From: Solirubrobacterales bacterium
Lineage (GTDB): Bacteria > Actinomycetota > Thermoleophilia > Solirubrobacterales > 70-9
Direction of reading: 5' to 3'
Assembly: GCA_035764795.1 (NCBI GenBank)
Contig: DASTYR010000240.1
Coordinates: forward strand, 1-26,900
DNA: 26,900 bases
The position numbers and the translations under genes were made by a program. The notes beneath the pieces are model-generated. The model searched no databases. It saw only the letters and a list, made by a program, of their open reading frames with translations, and was not told the DNA's origin. Numbering within the stretch: position 1 is the first letter of the stretch; the number at the start of each line of letters is the position of its first letter. Positions 1 to 7,993 of this stretch are shown one piece after another.

Positions 1-1480
1 TCCGCTCCCCTGGGTCAACCCCGACCGGGCGGGCCCCGTCAAACGAAGCCGCCAGAGCCGGCGCCGTCTGGTGCAGCCTGTCGAGCACAGCCGGCCAGAC
101 CCGCGTTATCTCCCCCAAGTCGAGATCGCTCTGGCCCGCGGGTCCTGTCGCGGCGGCCTCGGCTGAAGCTGGGGGGTCCGGTGCGTCGTCCTTCGACGCC
201 TCTGCCGCGGGTGGCGCCGTAGGGGGGACCTCCCCCGAGGAAGCTTTAGCTACCGGAGGGGGAGGTGGGTCCCCTGCGGCGACAGGACCCGCGGGCCCGG
301 CGATCTCGTCCCTAGTGCCAAAGCTGCCTTTCTCCAGTCGCTCGAGGCGACGCAGCAGGCCCTCGGTCGACGGGTCTAGGTCCGGCCGCGCCGCTTTCAG
401 CAAAGCGATCTCGACAGCCAGTCGCGCGTCGTCGCCCTCGCGCACGGCAGTCAACGCCGCGGCCAGCTCGTCGATCGTGCGGACGAGGTTCGCCGGCCCG
501 ATCGCGTCGGCCTGGGCGCGCAGCCGCTCGGAATCGGCGGCCGTGACGACAAAGCTGCTCGGGACCTCGCCGATCGTCTGGGTTACCAGTAGGTGACGCA
601 GGTGGGCGAGCAGGTCGCGGGCAAACTGGGCGGGATCGCGGCCGGAGCGACTTAGCTCCTCGACGGCGAGGAGGACGGCCCTCGGATTTTCGGCGACGAC
701 CGCGTCCACGGCCCCGAAGAGCAGCTCGGCGTCGGCGGCGCCCAGCACCTCGAGCACCGCCTCCAGCGTCACCGTCGAGCCGCCGAAGGCGACGAGTTGA
801 TCGAGCGTGCCGAGTGCGTCGCGGAAGCTGCCCGAGGCCGCCCGGGCGATCATCGCCACGGCCCCCTCCTCGACCTCGATCCCCTCGGCGGCGGCGACCC
901 GCTGCAGGACCTCGGCTATCTGCTCCAGCGAGGGGCGCTGGAAGTCGAAGCGCTGGCAGCGGTCGGCGATCGTCGCCATCACCTTGTGCGCCTCGGTCGT
1001 GGCTAGGACGAAGACAGTGTTCGGCGGCGGCTCCTCGAGGGTCTTCAGGAAGGCGTTCCACGCCTCTTTGGTCAGCATGTGCGCCTCGTCGAGGATGTAG
1101 ACCTTCCAGCGGCCGGCGGCCGGCGCGTAGGCGACCCGCTCGCGCAGATCGCGGACGTCGTCGACCGAGCGGTTGGAGGCGGCGTCCATCTCGATCACGT
1201 CGATCGAGGTGCCGGCGGCAATCGTCACGCACGACTCGCACTCGCCGCACGGGGTGACGGTCGGCCCACCGCGCTCGCAGTTGAGCGAGCGGGCGAGGAT
1301 CTTCGCCATCGAGGTCTTGCCGGTCCCCCGCGAGCCAACGAAGAGGTAGGCATGGTGGACCTTGCCCTGCTCGACCGCGTTGCGCAGGGTGCGGACGACA
1401 TGCTGCTGGCCGACGACCTCGTCGAAGGAGCCGGGCCGGTGGCGGCGGTAGAGGGAGGTCGAGTCGCTCGCGGACGGCAC
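1..1480 (-). CDS. dnaX: DNA polymerase III subunit gamma/tau (3' end runs off the window)
   Basis: Translated by hand from GTG at 1480: MPSASDSTSLYRRHRPGSFDEVVGQQHVVRTLRNAVEQGKVHHAYLFVGSRGTGKTSMAKILARSLNC..., with Walker A, the C-x-E-C-E-S-C zinc motif and DEAHML. The segments I checked stay open, including the stretch to the window edge. The listed 312..1613 ORF is a different frame. Confidence 0.97.
   Translation of the reverse strand, partial: MPSASDSTSLYRRHRPGSFDEVVGQQHVVRTLRNAVEQGKVHHAYLFVGSRGTGKTSMAKILARSLNCERGGPTVTPCGECESCVTIAAGTSIDVIEMDAASNRSVDDVRDLRERVAYAPAAGRWKVYILDEAHMLTKEAWNAFLKTLEEPPPNTVFVLATTEAHKVMATIADRCQRFDFQRPSLEQIAEVLQRVAAAEGIEVEEGAVAMIARAASGSFRDALGTLDQLVAFGGSTVTLEAVLEVLGAADAELLFGAVDAVVAENPRAVLLAVEELSRSGRDPAQFARDLLAHLRHLLVTQTIGEVPSSFVVTAADSERLRAQADAIGPANLVRTIDELAAALTAVREGDDARLAVEIALLKAARPDLDPSTEGLLRRLERLEKGSFGTRDEIAGPAGPVAAGDPPPPPVAKASSGEVPPTAPPAAEASKDDAPDPPASAEAAATGPAGQSDLDLGEITRVWPAVLDRLHQTAPALAASFDGARPVGVDPGER
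121..151 (+). repeat. Partial inverted copy of the element A end and flank
   Basis: CGAGATCGCTCTGGCCCGCGGGTCCTGTCGC is an imperfect inverted repeat of 279-308. Positions 128-151 match the start of the 23242 copy with one mismatch. Confidence 0.85.
207..292 (-). repeat. 86-bp palindromic intragenic element A, copy 1 (in the dnaX linker)
   Basis: Its reverse complement matches 23251-23336 at 80/86 nt. Ends are GCGGGT...ACCCGC and it folds as a long hairpin. Confidence 0.95.
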
Positions 1481-1487
1481 TGCGGCC

Positions 1488-1511
1488 AGTGTATCTGCGG
1501 CCCGATACGGT
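1488..1511. promoter_or_regulatory. Back-to-back leaderless -10 elements (TACACT for dnaX, TACGGT for the membrane protein)
   Basis: Each TAnnnT hexamer lies 7 nt from a GTG start (1480 on -, 1519 on +), and neither start has an SD. Confidence 0.6.
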
Positions 1512-1518
1512 CCCGCGC

Positions 1519-3063
1519 GTGCCGAGCCGGGCCCGCAACTGGTTGACGCCCGCCGCCTGGGTCGCCGCGGTCTCGGCGGTCCTGCTGGCGATCTTCCCGT
1601 CCGGCTTCCCCAACTACGACACGATCTACAGCCTGCTTTGGGGCCGCGAACTGGCCGATGGGCTGAGCCCCGACCGCGGCGCCGCTCTACCGCCGACCCC
1701 CCACCCCCTCGCCGAACTCTTCGGCCTGGTGACGAGCCCGTTGGGCGACGGAGCAATCGACCTGACCATGGTCGTCGCCTATGTCGCCCTGGGCCTGATC
1801 GGCTACCTCGTCTACCGGCTCGGCTCGCTCTGGTTCGACCGCCCGATCGGCGCCCTCGCGGCGCTGATCCTCCTCACCCGCGCCCCCTACCTCTCCAACG
1901 GCCTGCGCGCCTACATCGACCTCCCCTACATCGCCCTGGTCCTCGCCGCCCTCGTCATAGAGACCAAACGCCCCCGAGCCGGCTGGCCCGTCCTAGCCCT
2001 ACTCGCATTGGCCGGCCTCCTCCGCCCCGAGGCCTGGCTCTTCAGCTTCGCCTACCTCGCCTATCTGGCAATCGATCCTGAGCAGCTCCGCCTCCGTATC
2101 GAGCGCTTCCGCGAGACGAAGCGGCCGGAAGAGGGGATGGGGATACCCCTCGAACGGGCGGATACTCAAAACGCCGGCCTAATTAGGCCGGCGTTTGTCC
2201 GGGCGAGGGGTATCCCCATCCCCTCCCCCCTCGTCCTTCTCGCGTTTTCAGCCCCACTTATGTGGGCCTTGTTCGACTGGATCACGGCTGGCAGCCCCAC
2301 GTATTCCTTTACCGGGACCAGGGAGACCGTCGAGACCCTGGAGCGCCAGACCGGCCCGGTCGACCTCGTCCTCTACGGCCCCCGCCGCCTCGGCGAGGTC
2401 CTGCAGTGGCCAGGCATGGTCGGCGCCGCAGCCGGTGTCGCCCTCGGCCTCGTCTTCCTGCGGCGCCGCAGCACCGTAGGCGTCGTCGCCGCGGCGCTCG
2501 CGCTCGCCGCCTTCGCGATCCTCGCCTGCGCCGGCCTAGCGATCATCCCCCGCTACACGATGCTGGCTGCGGCGATCCTCGCCGTCTTCGCGGCGCTCGC
2601 CCTGCTCGGCTGGCGACTGCTGCCGGGCGGGCACCGCTGGCACCGGCCGTGGCAGGCCGTCGCCGCAGCGGTCGCGGTCCTCTTCGTCCTCTGGGCGCCG
2701 AACCAGTACGACCTGCTGCACCGAGTCGACGTCGACCTGACCAACCAGAGCGAGATCGAGACCGACCTCGACGATCTCGCCTCCTCCGGCGCCTTCGATC
2801 CCCTTTGCCTCCCTGTCTCCGCACCCAACCACCGCGCCGTCCCCCGCCTCGCCTGGGATCTGGACATCCGCCCAAGCCGGATCGTCAGCTCGAGCGAGCA
2901 GCGCCAACCCCGCCGCGGCTACTTCCTCGATCCCTCCGGGCCGTTCGTCGTCCACAACTTCGTCCTCGACCCCAACGACCCGGCCCGGCTCGAGACCCCG
3001 GTGCCGCCCGGCTTTCGCCGCGCCGCGGCGAACGAGTCCTGGGTGCTCTACCGGCGCTGCTGA
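1519..3063 (+). CDS. Multi-pass membrane protein, GT-C fold glycosyltransferase-like
   Basis: Many TM segments, an early NYD motif in the first loop, and 'LAGLLRPEAW' and 'PRY' motifs typical of GT-C-like proteins. Start moved to GTG 1519 on the basis of the -10 position. Confidence 0.7.
   Translation: MPSRARNWLTPAAWVAAVSAVLLAIFPSGFPNYDTIYSLLWGRELADGLSPDRGAALPPTPHPLAELFGLVTSPLGDGAIDLTMVVAYVALGLIGYLVYRLGSLWFDRPIGALAALILLTRAPYLSNGLRAYIDLPYIALVLAALVIETKRPRAGWPVLALLALAGLLRPEAWLFSFAYLAYLAIDPEQLRLRIERFRETKRPEEGMGIPLERADTQNAGLIRPAFVRARGIPIPSPLVLLAFSAPLMWALFDWITAGSPTYSFTGTRETVETLERQTGPVDLVLYGPRRLGEVLQWPGMVGAAAGVALGLVFLRRRSTVGVVAAALALAAFAILACAGLAIIPRYTMLAAAILAVFAALALLGWRLLPGGHRWHRPWQAVAAAVAVLFVLWAPNQYDLLHRVDVDLTNQSEIETDLDDLASSGAFDPLCLPVSAPNHRAVPRLAWDLDIRPSRIVSSSEQRQPRRGYFLDPSGPFVVHNFVLDPNDPARLETPVPPGFRRAAANESWVLYRRC
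2131..2225. repeat. Palindromic intragenic element B, in frame in the membrane protein
   Basis: Perfect 22-bp inverted arms at 2131-2152 and 2204-2225, plus a perfect 28-bp central palindrome at 2169-2196. Confidence 0.92.
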
Positions 3064-3064
3064 G

Positions 3065-3871
3065 CTACTCGACCACGTAGCGGGTCGGCACGAAGGTCTG
3101 CGTGTCCCGCGGCGGCCGCACGTAGGCGCGCTGCTGGCGCGGCGGCAGCTCGATCTTCTCCACCGGCACCGGCTCGTAGGGGATCCGTTCGAGCAGGTGG
3201 CTGATCAGGTTGAGGCGGGCGGTGCGCTTGTCGTCGGCCTCGACGACGAACCAAGGCGAGTCCTTCGTGTCGGTGTAGGAGAACATCTCGTCCTTCGCCT
3301 CGGCGTAGTCGACCCAGTGCGCCCGCGCCTCCAAATCCATCGGGCTCAGCTTCCACTGCTTCGTCGCATCCTTGATCCGGGCCTTGAAGCGGCGCTCCTG
3401 CTCCTCGTCTGAGATCGAGAGCCAGTACTTGACCAGAATCAGGCCCGAGCGCATCAGCATCCGCTCGAAGCTGGGCGCCGAGCGCATGAACTCCTGGACC
3501 TCCTCCTCGGTGGCGAAGCCCATCACCCGCTCGACCCCGGCGCGGTTGTACCAGCTGCGGTCGAAGAGGACCATCTCGCCCGCCGCCGGCAGCTGGGCGA
3601 CGTAGCGCTGGAAGTACCACTGGCTTTTCTCCCGATCGGTCGGCGTCCCAAGGGCGACGGTCCGCACCACGCGCGGGTTCGTCTTCTCCGTGATCCTCTT
3701 GATCACGCCGCCCTTGCCGGCGGTGTCCCGACCCTCGAAGAGGACGGCGACCCGCAGCCCCGCATGGACGATCCATTCCTGCAGCTCGACCAGCTCGTCC
3801 TGCAGCCGCGAAAGCTCCTTCTCGTAGCCCTTCTTCGAGAGAACCTTGGGCGAATCGTCCGCCGTCGCCAT
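3065..3871 (-). CDS. ppk2: Polyphosphate kinase 2 (single domain)
   Basis: Walker A GRDTAGKGG, FDRSWYNR and KWKLSPMD-like lid region. Leaderless TAGGCT -10 lies 6 nt upstream. Confidence 0.95.
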   Translation of the reverse strand: MATADDSPKVLSKKGYEKELSRLQDELVELQEWIVHAGLRVAVLFEGRDTAGKGGVIKRITEKTNPRVVRTVALGTPTDREKSQWYFQRYVAQLPAAGEMVLFDRSWYNRAGVERVMGFATEEEVQEFMRSAPSFERMLMRSGLILVKYWLSISDEEQERRFKARIKDATKQWKLSPMDLEARAHWVDYAEAKDEMFSYTDTKDSPWFVVEADDKRTARLNLISHLLERIPYEPVPVEKIELPPRQQRAYVRPPRDTQTFVPTRYVVE

Positions 3872-3935
3872 CCCGTCAGCCTAGTCGCCGACGCCTGGGG
3901 GCAGGCGAGGCAGGCCGCGTGCAAGCATCAGCCGA

Positions 3936-4826
3936 GTGGCGGCGATAGAGCTACGTGGAGTCGTCAAGCGCTTCGGCCCGATCGTCGCGGTCGACGGGCT
4001 CGACCTGGAGGTGCCGGAGGGCATCTGCCTCGGGCTGCTCGGACCGAACGGGGCGGGCAAGTCGACGACGATGCGCCTGCTGACCGGGCAGGCGTTGTCC
4101 GACGCCGGCGAGCTGCGGGTGCTCGGCCACGAGCTGCCCGTTGAGGCCAAGGCGGCGCGGGCCCAGATGGGCGTCGTTCCCCAGCTCGACAACCTCGACG
4201 TCGACGTCACCGTCGAAGACAACCTCGCGGTCTTTGCTCGCCTCTACCGGGTTCCGGACGTCGGCGCCGCCGTCGATCGGGCGCTCGACCTGTCCCGCCT
4301 GCGCGAGCGACGCCGCGACGCGGTCGACGAGCTCTCCGGCGGCATGCGGCGACGCCTGCTGCTGGCGCGTGGGCTGGTCCACGAGCCGAAGCTGATCCTG
4401 CTAGACGAGCCGACCGTCGGCCTCGACCCGCAGATCCGCACCGAGCTCTGGACGCTGATCGACAACCTGCGCTCGCACGGGACGACGATCCTGATGTCGA
4501 CCCACTACATCGAGGAGGCGGAGCGCCTCGCCGACGAAGTCGCCGTGATGACTAAGGGCAAGATCATCAGCCGCGGTAAGCCGTCAGAGCTGATCACCCA
4601 GCACGCCGGCCGCGAGACCGCGGAGATCTACGCCCCACCCGAACGACTCGCCGAGGCCCGGCTCAAGGCCGAGTCGGCCGGCCTGCGAGTGCGGCCGGCC
4701 GGCCCTGCCATCGCGATCGTCGGCTCCGAGGCCGCTGACGGCGAGGCCGTGCCCGAGGACGCGGTCCGGCGCGCCGCCTCGCTCGAGGACGTGTTCGTGC
4801 TGCTGACCGGCGAGGAGGCGGAATGA
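3936..4826 (+). CDS. ABC exporter ATP-binding protein (NodI/DrrA-like)
   Basis: GPNGAGKS, LSGGMRRR, LLDEPTVGLD and THY motifs. Confidence 0.92.
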   Translation: MAAIELRGVVKRFGPIVAVDGLDLEVPEGICLGLLGPNGAGKSTTMRLLTGQALSDAGELRVLGHELPVEAKAARAQMGVVPQLDNLDVDVTVEDNLAVFARLYRVPDVGAAVDRALDLSRLRERRRDAVDELSGGMRRRLLLARGLVHEPKLILLDEPTVGLDPQIRTELWTLIDNLRSHGTTILMSTHYIEEAERLADEVAVMTKGKIISRGKPSELITQHAGRETAEIYAPPERLAEARLKAESAGLRVRPAGPAIAIVGSEAADGEAVPEDAVRRAASLEDVFVLLTGEEAE

Positions 4827-5632
4827 GCGTGGAGCGAGCAAGCGTGAGCAATGGCACCGTCCGGCTGGGGCGCCTCGAACCGGCGGCCGTCACCGGCGTG
4901 ATGAGCCGCGAGCTGGCCAACTTCCGCACCTACTGGAAGGGGACGACCTTCTCCAGCGTGCTGGAACCGATCGTCTACCTGCTCGCCTTCGGGCTCGGCC
5001 TCTCGGCGACGCTCGTCGATGAGGTCCACGGCCTTCCCTACGTCGAGTTCGTCGGCACCGGCATGGTCGCTACCGCGGTGATCTTCTCCAGCGCCCTGCC
5101 GGCGATGTTCGGCACCTTCGTCAAGCACCGTTTCCAGAACACCTACGACGCGATCCTCGCCGCACCGGTCGACGTCGAGGAGCTGGTCAGCGCCGAGATG
5201 CTCTGGATTGGCCTGCGGGCAAGCGTCTATGGCTGTGTGCCGCTGCTGGTCACGATCGCCTTCGGCCTCGATCCAGCCCCGGGGATGCTGCTGGTGCCGA
5301 TCTTCTGCTTCGTCACCGCGCTCGGTTTTGCCGGCTTCGGGGTCGCGATGGCGGCGATCGTCGCCAAGATCGACCAGTTCAACTACGTGACCGCCCTCTT
5401 CGTCACGCCGCTCTTCCTCGTCTCGGGAGCCTTCTTCCCGATCGACGAACTGCCGGAGGGAGTGCAGGTGGTCTCGCAGCTCAATCCGCTTCACCAGCTG
5501 GTCGAACTTGTCCGCGGCGGCGCCTTCGGCTTCGATCCGATCGACCTGGTCCGCTTCGGCGGCCTGGTCCTCTTCGCGCTGGTCATGTGGCGGATCGCAG
5601 TCAACCGCATGGAGGCACGGCTGATCGACTAA
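4823..5632 (+). CDS. ABC-2 type permease (NodJ-like)
   Basis: About 6 TM segments, NPL motif, ATGA overlap with the ATPase gene. Confidence 0.9.
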   Translation: MSVERASVSNGTVRLGRLEPAAVTGVMSRELANFRTYWKGTTFSSVLEPIVYLLAFGLGLSATLVDEVHGLPYVEFVGTGMVATAVIFSSALPAMFGTFVKHRFQNTYDAILAAPVDVEELVSAEMLWIGLRASVYGCVPLLVTIAFGLDPAPGMLLVPIFCFVTALGFAGFGVAMAAIVAKIDQFNYVTALFVTPLFLVSGAFFPIDELPEGVQVVSQLNPLHQLVELVRGGAFGFDPIDLVRFGGLVLFALVMWRIAVNRMEARLID

Positions 5633-5908
5633 AAGTGGACCGTGCGCCCCGCCTTCGAAGCGAGGTCACCGGGCGTGTCCGTCGCGTTTGGCTCGAGCCG
5701 GGCTCACCTGCGGCACCCGCGGCTTCCGCTTAAGGCTGCTTCCTTCCGGACCTGACCTGGTTCACGTGCCTACGTCGCGCAGGACCCAACCGTCAACGCC
5801 GCCCGCGGCGCACTGACCCCGACGGCCAGCCCCTCGGAACGGGATTCGGCCCCGCTAGAGCGGATTGCGGGTTACAGGGCACCGCTGATTCCCCGCCTAG
5901 CACGGTCC
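5632..5908 (-). ncRNA. ffs: Large (Alu-domain, Bacillus-type) signal recognition particle RNA
   Basis: Minus strand starts GGACCGTGCTAGGCGGGGAATCAGCGGTGCCCTGTAACCCGCAATCCGCT, closely resembling B. subtilis scRNA. It contains the helix-8 core GAACCAGGTCAGGTCCGGAAGGAAGCAGC, has a terminal helix GGACCGTGC/GCACGGTCC, and a TAGGAT -10 upstream. Confidence 0.95.
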
Positions 5909-5964
5909 GCTTCCCATCCTAGCCGGCGAGCGCGAGGCTGGCGAACGCGGCTGTGAGGCGGTGG

Positions 5965-5988
5965 TCATCTCCGGTAGCCGAGGCTCAT
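5965..5988 (-). CDS. Candidate micro-ORF MSLGYRR
   Basis: SD GGGAGGTG (5993-6000) then ATG AGC CTC GGC TAC CGG AGA TGA. Intergenic. Translation is unproven. Confidence 0.45.
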   Translation of the reverse strand: MSLGYRR

Positions 5989-6096
5989 CTGGCACCTCCC
6001 ATCCGGGGCTTGCCGCTCGGCAGCGACTACTTGGTTCTAGGTACCCGCTGTCGTGCCGCTCCGCGGGGCCCTGGACGGACGTAGGATCAGCGCTCC

Positions 6097-7260
6097 GTGA
6101 TCGAGGTCGACGCAGAGTCGTTCTTCGCGATCGTCGTCGTCGCCGCCTTGGCCGCGGTTGCGGTTGCTGCGCTGCCGGCCCGCTGGGCTCCGCCGGTCGT
6201 CGTCGTCGAGTTGCTGTTGGGAATCGTCGTCGGGCCCGAGCTGCTCGCTCTCGCCCAGACCGACGACTTCATCGACTTCTTCTCCAACCTCGGGCTCGGC
6301 ATGCTCTTCTTCTTCGCCGGCTACGAGATCGACTTCGAGCGGATCAAGGGAGCGCCGCTGAAGCTCGGAGCGCTCGGCTGGCTGTTCTCGATCGTGCTCG
6401 CCTACGGAATCGGCGGCGCGCTGGCTGCCGCCGGCATCGTCGTCTCCTTCCTCTACGTCGGCTCGGCGATGGCGACGACCGCGATCGGCACGCTGATCCC
6501 GATCCTGCGCGACGCCGGTGAGCTGCGAACCCGCTTCGGCACCTATCTGCTGGCGGCCGGCGGTGCCGCCGAGTTCGGCCCGATCCTGCTCGTCACGCTG
6601 GTCCTCTCGGCCCACCAGCCCCTGCACGAGGCGCTCGTCCTGATCGTCTTCGTGGCGCTGGCGCTCGCCCTGGCGCTGGCCTCCGTGCGCTGGGGATGGC
6701 GCGGCTGGCCGGCCCTAGAGCGCACCTTCGAGGCGAGCAGCCAGCTGGCGGTGAGGATCACCGTCGTCCTCGTCTTCGGCCTCGTCCTCCTGGCGGGCGA
6801 GCTCGGCCTCGACGTCCTCCTCGGCGGCTTCGTCGCCGGCATGATCGTGCGGCTGGCGCTCAAGGGCCGCGAGCTGGCTGTCTTCGAGTCGAAGCTGACC
6901 GCGATCGGCTTCGGCTTCTTCGTCCCCTTCTTCTTCGTCACCTCGGGCATCGACTTCGACCTCGGCGCGCTCGGCTCCGCCGGCGCGCTGCTGAAGCTGC
7001 TGCTCTTCCTCGTCCTCTTCCTGGTCGTGCGCGGCGCGCCGGCGCTGCTCCTATACCGCGGCGTCCTCGACGCCCGCGACCGCGCCGCCCTCGCCTTCTA
7101 CTCGGCGACCGAGCTGCCCCTCGTCGTCGCGATCGCGACGCTGGCCACCGAGGGTGGCCACATGCGCAGCTCGACCGCCGCCGGGCTGATCGGAGCGGCG
7201 ATGCTCTCGACGCTGATCTACCCCTTCGTCGCCATGGCCCTGCGGCGCGGGGCCGTATGA
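6097..7260 (+). CDS. Cation:proton antiporter (CPA2 / Na+/H+ exchanger family), no C-terminal TrkA domain
   Basis: About 12 TM segments with FFAGYEID, TTAIG and FFVPFFFV motifs. Confidence 0.88.
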   Translation: MIEVDAESFFAIVVVAALAAVAVAALPARWAPPVVVVELLLGIVVGPELLALAQTDDFIDFFSNLGLGMLFFFAGYEIDFERIKGAPLKLGALGWLFSIVLAYGIGGALAAAGIVVSFLYVGSAMATTAIGTLIPILRDAGELRTRFGTYLLAAGGAAEFGPILLVTLVLSAHQPLHEALVLIVFVALALALALASVRWGWRGWPALERTFEASSQLAVRITVVLVFGLVLLAGELGLDVLLGGFVAGMIVRLALKGRELAVFESKLTAIGFGFFVPFFFVTSGIDFDLGALGSAGALLKLLLFLVLFLVVRGAPALLLYRGVLDARDRAALAFYSATELPLVVAIATLATEGGHMRSSTAAGLIGAAMLSTLIYPFVAMALRRGAV

Positions 7261-7271
7261 TCGGCCTGCCC

Positions 7272-7343
7272 GGGCGCGTAGCTCAGTGGGAGAGCGCTCG
7301 CCTCACACGCGAGAGGTCGCTGGTTCGAACCCAGCCGCGCCCA
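7272..7343 (+). tRNA. tRNA-Val(CAC), CCA not encoded
   Basis: Acceptor stem GGGCGCG/CGCGCCC, anticodon arm CTCGC-CTCACAC-GCGAG, T-loop TTCGAAC. Confidence 0.97.
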
Positions 7344-7349
7344 TTGCGC

Positions 7350-7754
7350 CTAGCGCAGCAGTCGTATCTCGCATTCAAGCTCGGGCAGCTTCGCGGCCCG
7401 GACGTCACCGGTGAGGACCTCATCGACTTCCGGGCCGAGGTCGGCGCTGGCGAGGATCAGGGCGTCGGGCATGCGCAACCCCTGGGCGCCGGCACGGAGT
7501 CGGGCGGCGCGATCGGCCACCGCGGCGTCCACGGGCAGCAGCTCCGAGATCAGCTTTGCGAAGAATTCCTCTACATGGTCCTCGTCGTGGTGGCCCATAC
7601 GTGCGCCGGTGAGGACCTCGGCGTAGGTGACCACGGATGCGACCAGTGGCTGCCGGTGGGCGCACTCCCGAACTGCGGCTGCGGCCGCGTCGTGAAGGGC
7701 GTCGCCCCGGTCGAGGAAGCCGATTACGGCATCCGAGTCGAGGACTACCGCCAC
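7350..7754 (-). CDS. vapC: VapC-family PIN domain toxin
   Basis: VVLDSD at the N-terminus, TYAEVL, and DALILASA...LTGD acidic PIN residues. Overlaps the upstream antitoxin. Confidence 0.92.
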   Translation of the reverse strand: MAVVLDSDAVIGFLDRGDALHDAAAAAVRECAHRQPLVASVVTYAEVLTGARMGHHDEDHVEEFFAKLISELLPVDAAVADRAARLRAGAQGLRMPDALILASADLGPEVDEVLTGDVRAAKLPELECEIRLLR

Positions 7755-7993
7755 TCCTCGCGCAACCCTTCAACCCGCTCGCGCAAGGCGCCCCCCGTAT
7801 CCAGAACCCCGGAGTAGCGCTCGATCAGCTCCTCGACCCGGGTCAGAACCACGCGACCGGCTCCGTCAGCCTCGACCCGCAGAGTGTCGCCCGCCTCCAG
7901 GCCGGCGGCACGAAATGCACCGACGGGGATCGTCACCTGGTGCTTGGAGGAGACACGCGTGTGGTCCCGCGTTTTCTTTACCTTTTTGGGCAT
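7745..7993 (-). CDS. vapB: AbrB/MazE/SpoVT-family antitoxin
   Basis: RVSSKHQVTIP...GLEAGDTL swapped-hairpin motif. True start is ATG 7993 (MPKKVKK), 6 nt after a TATTCT -10. Confidence 0.88.
   Translation of the reverse strand: MPKKVKKTRDHTRVSSKHQVTIPVGAFRAAGLEAGDTLRVEADGAGRVVLTRVEELIERYSGVLDTGGALRERVEGLREEWR

Noticed and set aside
308-335. Programmed -1 frameshift making a DnaX gamma subunit (-1 frame stop at 312-314 followed by a strong hairpin)
   Set aside because: The position is suggestive, but I found no X-XXY-YYZ slippery heptamer or A-run nearby.
312-1613. 433-aa minus-strand ORF from the track
   Set aside because: It is an Arg/Gly-rich shadow frame. The real dnaX is in another frame starting at 1480.
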